From: Macrostomum lignano | Taxonomy: Eukaryota | Assembly (NCBI GenBank): GCA_002269645.1 | Contig: NIVC01000012.1 | Span: 620,001-684,000, forward strand | Length of the DNA: 64,000 bases | Direction: 5' to 3' | In this document: piece after piece, positions 11,801 through 23,800 of the stretch | Position numbering within the stretch: the stretch's first letter is position 1 | Layout of the letters: the number at the start of each line of letters is the position of its first letter | The notes under the pieces: generated by a model | Seen by the model: only the letters and a program-made list of their open reading frames with translations | Database searches by the model: none | What the model was told of the DNA's origin: nothing | Translations under genes and position numbers: made by a program

Positions 11801-14800
11801 TGAAAAGGTCCGCCCGTTATTGACTAGCGGTTGTATATGGCCTGGAGCTTAGCTTTTGGTTCCCTTCCGGTGCCAAAGTTAAGATCCCTAATTTTTGTTT
11901 TGCTGTCCCTCTAAGGCTGAGTGAGACCTAAAGAGATGAGATTTTCGCTGGTTCTAGACTCTCTAGACCCATAATCAGGCTTCAATTTTTATTAACTCTA
12001 GCATTCATAGCATACGTGTTGCTCGATTTTTATCCATTACAGGCCACCAAACGGACCTGGTACCGACGAAAAGCAAGAGGTCGGACCGGTTTGCCACGAG
12101 TCTGGCAAGTACTGGAAGTACTACATCAACCGACAGTACCTGTGCGGTAAAAAATACAAGAAGTGCTGCCGCAAGCGTATAAAGCGATTGGTACCGATTC
12201 CCTGCAAGACTGGAAGACGAAAAAAAGTTGTCCACTGCTCGGATGGTAAAAACATCAAGAAGTTTGTGCTGACAAGAGTCTTTCTTAAAGACTGCAAATG
12301 TCAAAAGCGAGTCCGAGTCAAGCCGTGCAAGTGTCGCTGTCCGAAATCCAAGTCCTTTGTGAAATGCGAGCACGAGACCAACACGTACGCCCACGTGCAC
12401 ATCTATTACGTGATTCGCAACTGCCGATGCCACAAGCAGGTGAACACCAAGCGAAGGCGAGAGCCATGCGAGGTGACCCGCCGACGGGAGGTGTTCAACA
12501 ATTACGACGCCTGTATGTCTGGAAAAACGTCGGGCTTTATGTATACACGAAAGTTCAGCCGGTTCTACATGAAAAACTGCGTTTGTAAAGAGCAGAAGCT
12601 TGAAAAAATCAAATGCCACTGCAGTAAGTAAAAATTTCTAGACAGTTTTTTTATTTTCTTGTGGCTTCTTTTAAAATTAATTGTTAGCACGTAATGGTTA
12701 GTAGACTACGAGCGTAAATGAGTCTTTTTAATTTAATTAAGCGACCTATTGCTAATAACTACAGAGTGCCCCAAGAAGACCACCAAAACCAAGGAACGAT
12801 GCAACGGTATGACTGGTTACCTGGAGTGGACGGTGACGAAGCAGAAGAAGTCAGGCTGTCTGTGCAAGCCGAAAACTTATAAGAGAAAGCGAGAGTTCAG
12901 TAAGTTTGCAAAATAAAAGGAAGTTTTTTGTTATGGACGTTTTTGATCATTTAAAAATAGAAATTACACAAAACACCAACCTTTGCAACAATTCAGCTTG
13001 TCCAACGCAGAGAGATCGAATCGAAGTTAGCTGTAACAAGAAGACTGGCATCCGAATCACAACTCAGTTTAACTTTCGTCGTATTGACGGAACCTGCCGA
13101 TGCGGCTGGGTGAAGGTGGACGAGCGAGAGGACCGCTGCAGTACGTGTTTGCGATCGAATAATTAATTGGTTTTGCAATTGTTCTTCATTTGCGCATTAT
13201 TCAATTCTTAACCAAATTCGAATGCAGATTGTGACCTCGAGAACATTAAGATTCAACCAACCAACAAGCACAACGAGAAGCACCCGGCCTGCCGACACAA
13301 CCGCTGGTACTACGAGACGTTCGAGTACTACATCACAGTTCGCGACGGTCTGTCCGTCTGCGTCAAACGCAGCATGGCAGGCGGCAGTGACGTGCCCTGC
13401 AATCGCGACGAGAGCGTCCTGCCTGTGGGCCGGTGCAACACTCGCACAAGGCGACAGCGCTACCAGAAAATTTGGTTCGAACTGCGTGCGTGCCACTGCA
13501 CTAAACGGTCTTCTTACTTCTTCAAGCCATGCGGCTGCCCCAAGGACAAGCCGCAGAAGCGCAGAAAGGTCGACCACGAGTGCGACGGCCAAGGAAACTG
13601 GATTCTTACCTGGGAGTTCTATAGGTGGAACGAGAAATCACAGGTGTGCGAGAGGGAAGAAGAGAAGCAGACTCGTTCAGTCACTTGCAAGCCAGAGAAA
13701 AAGCAAGTGTCCAAGACCGACTGCTACAAAGGTCACTACCAAGTCACGATTCACACTAGCAAGGTTGTCGAATCCAAATGTACCTGCAAAACGGACGAGA
13801 AGATCACTGTTCTGCCGTGCGGTGAGTGACAATATCCTCTGATGGCTACAAGAGGTTAAAAGTAAGGCATTTTAAACTAACAGAAATATTAATTAGTTAA
13901 AAAACTTTGTCTTGGTTACAGTGTGCCAAACCATCACTCGAACTGGCAAGCACTGTCACGAGGACCCCAAGACGTTGCACTCTTACCGAAAAATCACTAC
14001 CATTATTCGTAAATGGAATGACAAAAAAGAGCGCTGCGAAGTTGACAAAAAAATCGTTGAAAGGCGAATTTGCAGTAAGTATTCATTGTTTTCTTTAATC
14101 TGACTATTAGTTGCACTGATTCAAATCAATTAACTTTCTGCATTTGACAGAATGTCGCAAGCGCATTTTGGCGAAGCCCGACTGCAAAGACGGAAACTGG
14201 ATAACAAAAATCACGAAGTTCGTCATGGAGCTTAACAAAAACGGCGATCGAGTCTGCACTGAAGTGGAAAAGTTCAGATCTAAGCCGAAAAGTGAGTAGA
14301 TAAAATATAAAAATTAAACAGGTCATCCTTCTAATGTGCATCTCTTGCAAACGTTTTTGTTTACAGTCTGCAACGATCAGGTTAGATTCGAGACAACAAA
14401 GAACAAGTGCAAGAACCGTCGCACTGACACCATCTACTACTCGACGAAGAAAGATGTCCTGAAACGAGCCGATTGTACCTGTGTCGAGCGCGAGATCAAG
14501 CGCAAGCCGTGCAAGTGCTGGTGCTCCGACAGGCAAGTCTTCAAATATTCCCGTTGCCAGGACGACAAAGTGACGATTAGCTACTATGCTGTCGAACGCC
14601 TTGAGGGCTGCAAATGTGTGAAGCGCCAAATTAAGAAAATGAAGACCCTATCTTGCAAGAAAGACATCGTTAAGAGAACAAGAGGCCCGTGTAACAGACG
14701 TAACAAATGCACCAGACCCATTTTTGGCTGGGTGAATGAGGAAAAGAATTGCCAGTGCGTGCCGCGAAAGTTGCCTGAGCCCATTGGTCACGAGAAGTGC

Positions 14801-17800
14801 GACTGTTGCAAGAAGTCACGCGAGATTGGCGAGTGGTTCTGCAAGAATAAAATTTATTATCGCTATATTATTACGCGAACATGGAAGCCTGAAAAGAAGA
14901 AGTGCCTCGTCGTCAAAACAAAGGAGGCAAAGGGAGTACAGTGCCCTCCAATCAACCCGAAGAAACGTTTTGTGTACACGAAGTGCAAGAAATACCGTCG
15001 AGTTAAATACAGCTTGCACATGTACTTGAATCCCGATACCTGCGCCTGCGAAACGAAAAGAGAATTTGTCGCCGTTGTTTGGTGCCAATGTCCACCGACC
15101 AAAAAGGAGGAGATTTGCCGCAAAGACAAATTCTTGGTAACCAAAGTGACTGTATACACTCTTCGTGGCGAAAATTGTGAAAAGTCCAAGTCCTACTCAC
15201 CGCCAGTTCGCGTGCCCTGCGTCAAGCCTCCCAATAAACCCGACGGTCGCGGTGGTAAGATGAACTGCTTGCGCATTCGGTACATTCCGTATGCCAAGGT
15301 CATTGGGTGCAAGTGCCACCGAGGCTACAAAGAGGAGATGGAGGAGTACACCACAGGAGTTTGGTGCTGCAAGCACAGACCGGAGTGCAAAGACGTTAGC
15401 AAGCCTTACTGTGACAAGAAGTCTAATACTTGGTTCTCCACTGTCAGCAAGTGCGTCATCGTTAACAAGCAGTGCGTCCGACGCACATCCGAGAAGAGTG
15501 GCTTGGCCGTCAGTAAGTAGAGCAACAAATATTGATTTCATGGTCAGTTATTCGTACTAATAAAAAAGTGCATTAAGTGACAATTTTCGGATTCTCCCCT
15601 TTCAGCTTGTTCTAGCAAGCCCATTGGCAAGCCAAGCGTGTCCTGCGATCAGAAGACCAAGATCGAAGTTACAACCACAAAGTACGAGAAACCGCGCAAC
15701 TGCGAGTGCCACACCTACACAGTGACAACTACGAGTGTGTGCGGCTGCAACCCGCCGCTGAAGTTCATCAAGAATAAGGGCGGCTACTGCCACAACGATG
15801 ACACTTGGGTTGAAGAAATCGTGCAAAAAACGTGGAGACCAAAGCAGAAGATCTGTCAAGAAACTGTTATTGACCGTCGCCAAAAAAAGATCGGTATGCT
15901 ACAAGCTTATCGATTAGTTATCTCAATTAGTACGCCTCATATAGATCTTAACTTGATCGGTCATTCTCATTGACCAATGAAACTTTTAGAGTGCGTCACG
16001 AAGCCTGTCCGAACAATTCTCAAAACACGCAACGGCAAGGTCTGCTTCCGTCGAGCTGGCTATCGATTTCGAGTGCGGAACGTCGAACTGAAGTACTACG
16101 ATGCTAAGAACTGTAAGTGCGTTGTTGTACGCAAAAAGATCGTCCAGGAAAAGTGTGACTGTCCTGAGGATGAAGTCAAGCTTGGAAAATGCGATGAACA
16201 GAAAACCTGCATGCGAAACAAAGTCACCGTGTCCTACAGAGCCCAGACCGATAATAAAGGAAACATGAACTGTGTGCCAAAGTCAAAAACTGAGAAGTTG
16301 CGCTGCTGCTGCAATGAGAGGCCAACAAAGTTTAAGTACTGTGACAAGGAATCAGGCCACTATGTCACCGTCATTGAAACGCACATTTTCAAGCCGGAGC
16401 TTCTTACCTGCAAAGTATCCAAGAAAAACATCGTACACCCACTTGTTAAATGCAATAAGCGATTCCCGGCTGAGAGAAGTGCATGCAAAGTAGACAAAGA
16501 AAGCGGCATCGGATACGAGACCATCACCACCCGAGTAAGGTACCTTAACAAGCCGACTTGCGAATGTGACACCAAGACAGATGTGAAGAAATACGTGTGC
16601 TGTGAGTTTCTTATACGAGCGTAGATCTTATTAAAATTGAAACACTTTAACTCAAGGTTTAAATCCCGAAAAAGCTTAAAATATTTTTTTTATTTCAGCG
16701 TGCCCGAAGTGCGGAGAATGGGAGACTTCATGCGAAAACAACATGAACGTGATGCGTCGAGTCTGCCACAAGTTGATCAAGCCCAAGTCCGGTGAGCCCT
16801 ACTGCCGGTCTCGGGACGAGAAGAGGACGGAAACCGTACCCTGCAGCAAGAAGAAGACAGTGCACAAGGGTCGAGTGCCTAAGCGTTGCGCAAAACCAGC
16901 TTATCAGATAATCACCATAAGGTCCCACCGACTTGAGGAGTGCAAATGCGTCGACAACGAGGAAACAGTTAAAAAGATTCGATGCTGCCCGAAAAAGACA
17001 TCGAAAACTGTTTGCCACTCATCGGGCAAGTATTGGGTGAAGAACATTCTAATCTGGTCGGTTGATGAAGTCAGCAACAACTGTTCAAAGAAAAAAGTGG
17101 CTAAAGTGATCGCTGTCCGTAAGTATAGTCTACTTAGTCCCTTACTTGTGCATGGAAACCGGAATTTCCTAACAATTACAACTCATTTCTAAATTTTAAC
17201 GCAATTTATTTCAGCCTGCACCAGATTCAAGCAATTTTATTCTCCATGGAGCTGCTCCTCCCACCGAAAGCGCTGCAGTCGACGGCCATTTAACTACATC
17301 GTCAAGCAGTGGTATCGCGTACGCAAATGTCACTGCAAGCTGCACAGGGAGAAGCGCTACAAAAACATGTGCTGCTGCACTAAGAAGCGCAATACAAAGA
17401 AGTGCGATTGTCTGGCTGGCAGAATCGTGACAAAGAACTTTTACGAGGTTCTGAAGACGCGCAAAAACAGGCCAAATATCTGTACACAGGCAGTTAGCAC
17501 CAAGCTTGGACCGAAAATTCGATGCCAGGAAAAGTACAAAGCCATTCCTGTGGGATCGTGTCCAAAGTACAAGTCGGGCATGAAGATTCCAATGCAGAAG
17601 TTCATCATCAGGCGCGGAAGACGCGACTGCTGCAAGTGCGTAACATCTAAAAAGACAGTTAAAAGGCCCTGCCACTGTGGCTACAAGATCCGCTATTCGG
17701 GCAGCTGCGACGATGGCGACACCTACCGACGAGTGTACCTTGTCATTGGCACCATGCGCTACGATAAAACTGGCCTACCGAGCTGCGACTACAAGAAGCA

Positions 17801-20800
17801 GATTTTCATCGGCAGGGATTACTGCAAGTGCACCCCGGATGAGGAGCACAAAGTTTTGAAGAGCAAGCGATGCGAAGGCGATAGCTTTATGTACACGTAT
17901 GAATATGAGGTGATGAAGACCAAATGTAAAAAAGTGTCTGGACAGCGCATATGCATCAACCAATGCATCAGAAAGCAGACCACCAAACGATTTCCCGTCG
18001 GTAAGTTTTATTTTGTTGGTTATTTTCCTAGCTATTTTTCCTTAAAGCCATAACACCTTAATGATGCAAATCCAGAGTGCGAATCTACTGGCCTTGTCTT
18101 CCGCGGCAACTGCATCAATCAGAAGCGAAACGTTTGCAGGCAGGTGCCTTACGTCAAAAAGTGTGTCTGCAAGCACAGAAAAGATTGCTTTAAGAAAGAA
18201 GCCTGCGGTAAGTTGCATTTTCGAAAGCAGTTATAATGTAGTAGGTCCAGCTTAGTAACAGTTTATATAATATGTTAGTGTTATTATTCTATATTAAGAG
18301 CTTTGACTTTACAATTTCAGATTGCAAAAACTCACGAAAGCACTATTGCGACGCCAAGACAAACACCAAGGTGACGAAATTCACCACCTGTACGCCCGTA
18401 AAAGATGAGTGTGTCTGCCGAGTTCGATATGACAGGAATAAGGTTGATTGCGACAAACCGAGGACAAAGCGACTCAGCGATTGCGAGGTGAAGCGCGGCT
18501 ACGCTTTCTACCACTTGGATGAAACGACCATACGTATTCCCAAAAGCTGTACTTGCGTTCCCAGAACAAGAAGGAAGTTGATTTTCTGTCGTTGCAAGAA
18601 GAGCCACAAATCGAATACTAACTGTATTGACGGTCGAATCTGGAGAAGCACGATAACTGAATACATCCATTCTGGTGGCAAGCTCGGCTGCGTCCGACGA
18701 GTCAAGGTCTCGGAAAATCCCGTCTCCTGCCCGGAGAATCCGCAGCTTGTGCCTGGAGCCCTCAACCGAAAGACCTGTACTCGAAACAATATCGTCATTT
18801 ACAACGAATTGAAGGCTTGCAAGTGCAAGAAAAAGTCAGTACACGTTAAAGCTCATGCCATTAACTGCTGCCTGCAGAGCGGCTTCAGCACGCCAGCGAG
18901 ATGCAACAAGCGCACAAACGTTTTTGTAACGGAGCACTACCGCTACGTGACTTCATTCAACGGGTACGTGTTTGAGCTCGGTAAGGTGCGCATTCCAACG
19001 TACAAATGCGTTAGGACTCTTGCTAGACGCACAAAAAAGCCGACTATCTGTCCGAAGACGAAAGTGATGGAAAGCTGTAACAACAAGGAAGGAGAAGACG
19101 GTGTTTGGACAAAAACAATTACAACCTACAGAAAGAAGGACTGTCGCTGCATTCACACAGTGAAAACTATTTCTGGCCACTGCCGGTGTCCCATCTCCTA
19201 CATTGAGAGGCGCACTAATTGTATCAACAACTTCCGCACAATTTACTGGAAAATGTACGCGAGGCGACCGGACAAGAACCACAAATGCTCGTCCAAGATT
19301 GTTCCAAAGAGGGAGCGCTGCGGTTGCAATCGTGAGGAGCGCAAAAGCAAGAAGTGCGACAAGCGCGGAAACTGGGTGACAACAATGTACTACAAAAAAT
19401 TCAACGCCAAGTTGAAGCAATGCGAACAAATTGTCAGCGTAGTCTCCGTGGTTCAAGCCCGTAAGTGACGCGTGGCAAATATTTTAATGCATGATTTATA
19501 AAATTTCAATCGCCTACCTAGAAACTCGTTGCATTGGTTGTAAAAATTTTAGAATGCAAAGAGAACCGATACGAAGTGCCACCAAAGCGTTGCAGCCGCA
19601 AGAAGACCAAGTGCGTGAAAGCGTACAGGGACGTGATTTACACCTTGAATCCCGTTAACTGCAGCTGCAAAAAGTCCGTGAAGGTCTCTAAAAAGAGACG
19701 ATGCTGTAAGTTTTTGGCAAAGAAATTGAGATACAAGCACTCGTACTTACTTTGGCATGCTTGCTCGTGCACTTAAAGATTTTTTAAAACGTATTGTGTT
19801 TTGATACTGGGCTAGCAAATTTACCGCCACCTCTGAAAGTTGAACCGGATTAGCACGCAGCTGAGTAGACTGAGCCCAAACCCTCAAAGTAGCCTTTGTG
19901 AGCGATTGGTTCCTGCGTATTTTGTTCTATTTCTATTATTTCCTTTCTGTTTCTGATTAAAAATATTTCAGGCTGCAAAAAGTCCACCAAAGAAAAGAAG
20001 TGCGTCAACAACAGGTTCTGGAAGATCAAGGCAATTAACAGCGTCCTTGATGAAGAAGAGAAGTGCGTCGATCGCGTTGACAGGTCAACCATTCCTGTGC
20101 AGTGCCCTTCGCCATACAAGATCAAGGGCGATTGCATTGGAAATCGTAAGAGCGCTGACTGTGGCTACAGGTTGGTGAATCGCATCTATTTCAAGACGGT
20201 AAAGTGCCGCTGCATTAAGCGACAGAAGACGCAAAAGACCCTCTGCAGCAACTATTGCGATCTATGCCGAAAACCACTGAAGGATGTTCGCAAGTGCAAC
20301 AAGAAGGACGGCGGAAAGACATACATCACTAAGAGCTTTGAGTACAGGCTTAAGCGAAACAAGAACTCGCCAATTTGCAGAACTGTTGTCAGCTCGACTT
20401 CGATGGAGAAAGTTGGTAAGCTTTAGTCTTTTTTGTAAGCCCTTTAGTAGAAACACTATTAGACTGAAGATCCCGTCTCAAGCTTAAAGCAACAGTACAG
20501 TTTCCAGTCAGCATTAGCTCGATTTAACTTTCAGAGTGCAATCCGTCTAGGGTGGAGAAGAGCACTTATGAGAAGTGCGGCAAAAAGACCGGATGCAAGT
20601 TCAACATTTTCTACTACAAGATGGTTCCGCGAGGCTGCAAATGCGTTCGTCAGCTGCAGCCAAAAAAGACGAGGCGCAATCTGAAGTGCAGCTGCAACTG
20701 CGAAAAGGCCCGTCACAAAGTGGAGTGCCGTCGAAACAAGTACCTCACATACATCTCCAGGACATATATTCTTAAAAATTTCCGCTGCAAAGAGAAGGTG

Positions 20801-23800
20801 GTTAAGAAGTACAAAACAGTAAGCTGCGATTCGCGACCTGACGGTTGGGTGTTCAAAAACAAGTGCGTCCGTCACTTGATGCGCTACACACCCAGAATTC
20901 GCAACTGCAAGTGCTCGTACTCTTCGCGGCGCATTAAGACCTGCAGATTTGTCGACGAGAGCTGTTGTCCGAAGCCACACCGAAAGGCAGTTTGTGTAAA
21001 GAATGATATCAGGATTTTTTACCTTTATCACTACATCCCTGGCTGCAAGTCCTGCAAGAAGGTGAAAACTGTACAGAAAACCAAGGTGAAGTGCAGCGCA
21101 CCCAAAGTAAAGCTAGTTAAGGTGTTATCTACACCGGATGGATCCGTGTGGCGGCTTTTCAAGAAAACCATCTACCGAGTCTCCAATTGCGTCTGTAAGC
21201 CAAACGATTCGTTCATCCGAATCCCGTACAAATGTCAACCACCAAAAACAATTCAGAAGAATACATGCAAGAAGACAAAGAAATCCTGTCATCCGACTAA
21301 AAACGTCTACGGAGTAATGATGAAGGTCTTCTACGGTGTCAAAACATCGTCTGGCTATCCCGACAAAAGTATGAAGTGCGAAGAGATAAATAGAATCGAA
21401 ATTCGCTATCCATGCTTGTGCATCTGCAAGAAGAAAAACAAGCTTTGTTATAAAAACAAGTACTGGAGACTCACGACAGTGAAGTATATCAAGAACTCGC
21501 GCAAGTGCGTCAGAAGAGAATCATCTAAGGTCGTTCCGGCTGAGCCGAAGTGCAGAAGGCGAGAAAGAGAATATCGTATGGAGAAGGAATGCCCAAAATC
21601 GGGCTTCTACACTATCATGCAGTCTTTCTACGTGTGGAATAACTGCGAATGCACGAAGCGAGTGATAAAGGTGGGCACTGAAATCTGCCGCTGCCAGAGG
21701 GCGATAGCAAGCGCGTTTGCAATAAGGCTGGCGACGCTTACGTCGAGTACACAACACACTATCGCTTGTGCGGAGACAAGCTGGCCTGCTGCAAGCGAAT
21801 CACGAAGAAAGAAATTCCTGTTAAATGTAAGGCCGGAATTTCCAGAAGCATTAACTGCGACCAAAAGAATCACATTGAAACGGTCACTTTCACACGCTAC
21901 GATGTTAGACGCTGCAACTGCGTTAAGCGCACGTGGACTAAGCTTCAGCCGTGCGTAACCTGCTTGCCACCGCGATGTCGCGTCGGAAAGAAGGTGAAGT
22001 GCATTGAAGGAAGAATTTGGAAAGTTCAAAAGTGGTCTTGCCATCTGTACCGCAAACCAGGTGATTGGCGCACGAAGTGCATCCAGAATCACAAGGTATT
22101 TAAGCGGACAGTTAGATGCAAGGAAGGAGTTGTTTCAAAGAAAACTAAATGCGACCCACTGACAGGAGAGCAGCTTCATCTTAAGGAAATCACACGAATT
22201 ATCAAGTGTAAATGCAAAACAAAGACAGTCACTAAAAGATGCGATTGCACACCTTGCAAGAAGACTCACACCTTCAAGAGGTGTCTGAAGCTGCCAATGC
22301 GTTGGCAGAAGACGACCGTATCCTACAGCCATAATGGCTGCAGATGCATTAAACACGTCAAACGAGAGGACATTCCAATCCCGTGCAGTGGCAAAAAGTT
22401 TATTAAGAAGAGTGGAAAATGCCTCAAGAAAAAATCTGACGGTGGTATTGTCGGGTTTAGAAAGGTTACCGCATGCCGGAAGCATCTACTGAATTGCGAA
22501 TGCACAGAGGTATGCAAGGAAGAATCAAAACTCTGCTATTGCAAAGGTGTTCTCAAAACGAAAAAATGCGTTAACGACAATACATACGTAACAACTACGA
22601 TGCGTTGGGCGATGGACAGGGCGGCCAACAGCTGCGTCTGGAGAGAGGAGAGCGTTAAGCGAAAGGTTGTCAAGCCATGTCCAAAGGAAAAAGTTGAGAG
22701 AAGCGGCTGTGTGTACAAGTCAAAAACTGGTGGAGAGAACTATCGCATTGTTAAGACCACTGGCTACAAGCATCATGAGTGCAAGTGCGTGAATAAACCA
22801 ACCAAAGTGATTCGCGAAACATGCAACTGCGATCATCGTTGGATTGTCATCAAACGCAAGAACTACGGACCAAGAGGTAACTGCAAACGCGAGTACACTC
22901 TGCGCCGATATGTCAACAAGATCAAGGACGGCAAGGTCGAATGTGTGGAGGATATTCGGATTGTCACCGACAAGCACTGCTGTTCAAAAACTAAAAAGTC
23001 CAGGTCCTGTGACAAGCAACAGTGTGTCTATGTGAATATAATTACGAGCTATGTCCTCACTGGTGCCTACAGAAAACGATTCTGCCAGAAAGCCGAGGAT
23101 CGGACTATTGACGAGCCGCCGTGCGTCAGAAACAAAAACATCAAGCGCGTCAAGACTGACCGTTCATCGTGTCGAAAGAGCAACTCAATGCGAATCTCGT
23201 ACCAGAGACAGATTTGCCGCAACTGCAAGTGCATCTACGAAGAGTACCGCTACGAAACACGGGTTTGCAGGTGCAACTATGAGCGCAAGAAGTGCAAGTG
23301 CGTGCAAAAGGGCAAGAAGCAGAAGTGTCAGCACATTTACGAGCGAATGTCGGCAGACAGGAAAAAGTGCATCCGTGTCAGGAATTCTTATCTCGTTCCG
23401 GTTTCGTGTGGAAAGCGGCCTAAAGCAGAGCGCATTTGCAACATTAGGCGAAAGGACAAGAAAGGCTACGTGGACAAGTATTACACGATTAAAAAATACT
23501 TTAGAAAATGGATTTTCAACAAAAAACGTGGTACATGCAAATGCATTTGGAAGCCTGTTGTTACTAACAGACTGTGCAAGTGTCAACCGTACAATGAGGA
23601 AAAGCCGTACGATTATCATGAGTACAGGCGTAGATGCGAGAGAGGCACCAATACCTATGTTGTATTTTACAAGAAGCGAGTCCGTCGTGGAAACGAATGC
23701 GTGGAACTGATCAAGGAGAAAAGGATTGCTGTTAAATGTCATATTAGATCTTCCTGGAGACAGATTCCTGATCCGCCTTGCCCGGCAAAGAGGGACTACA

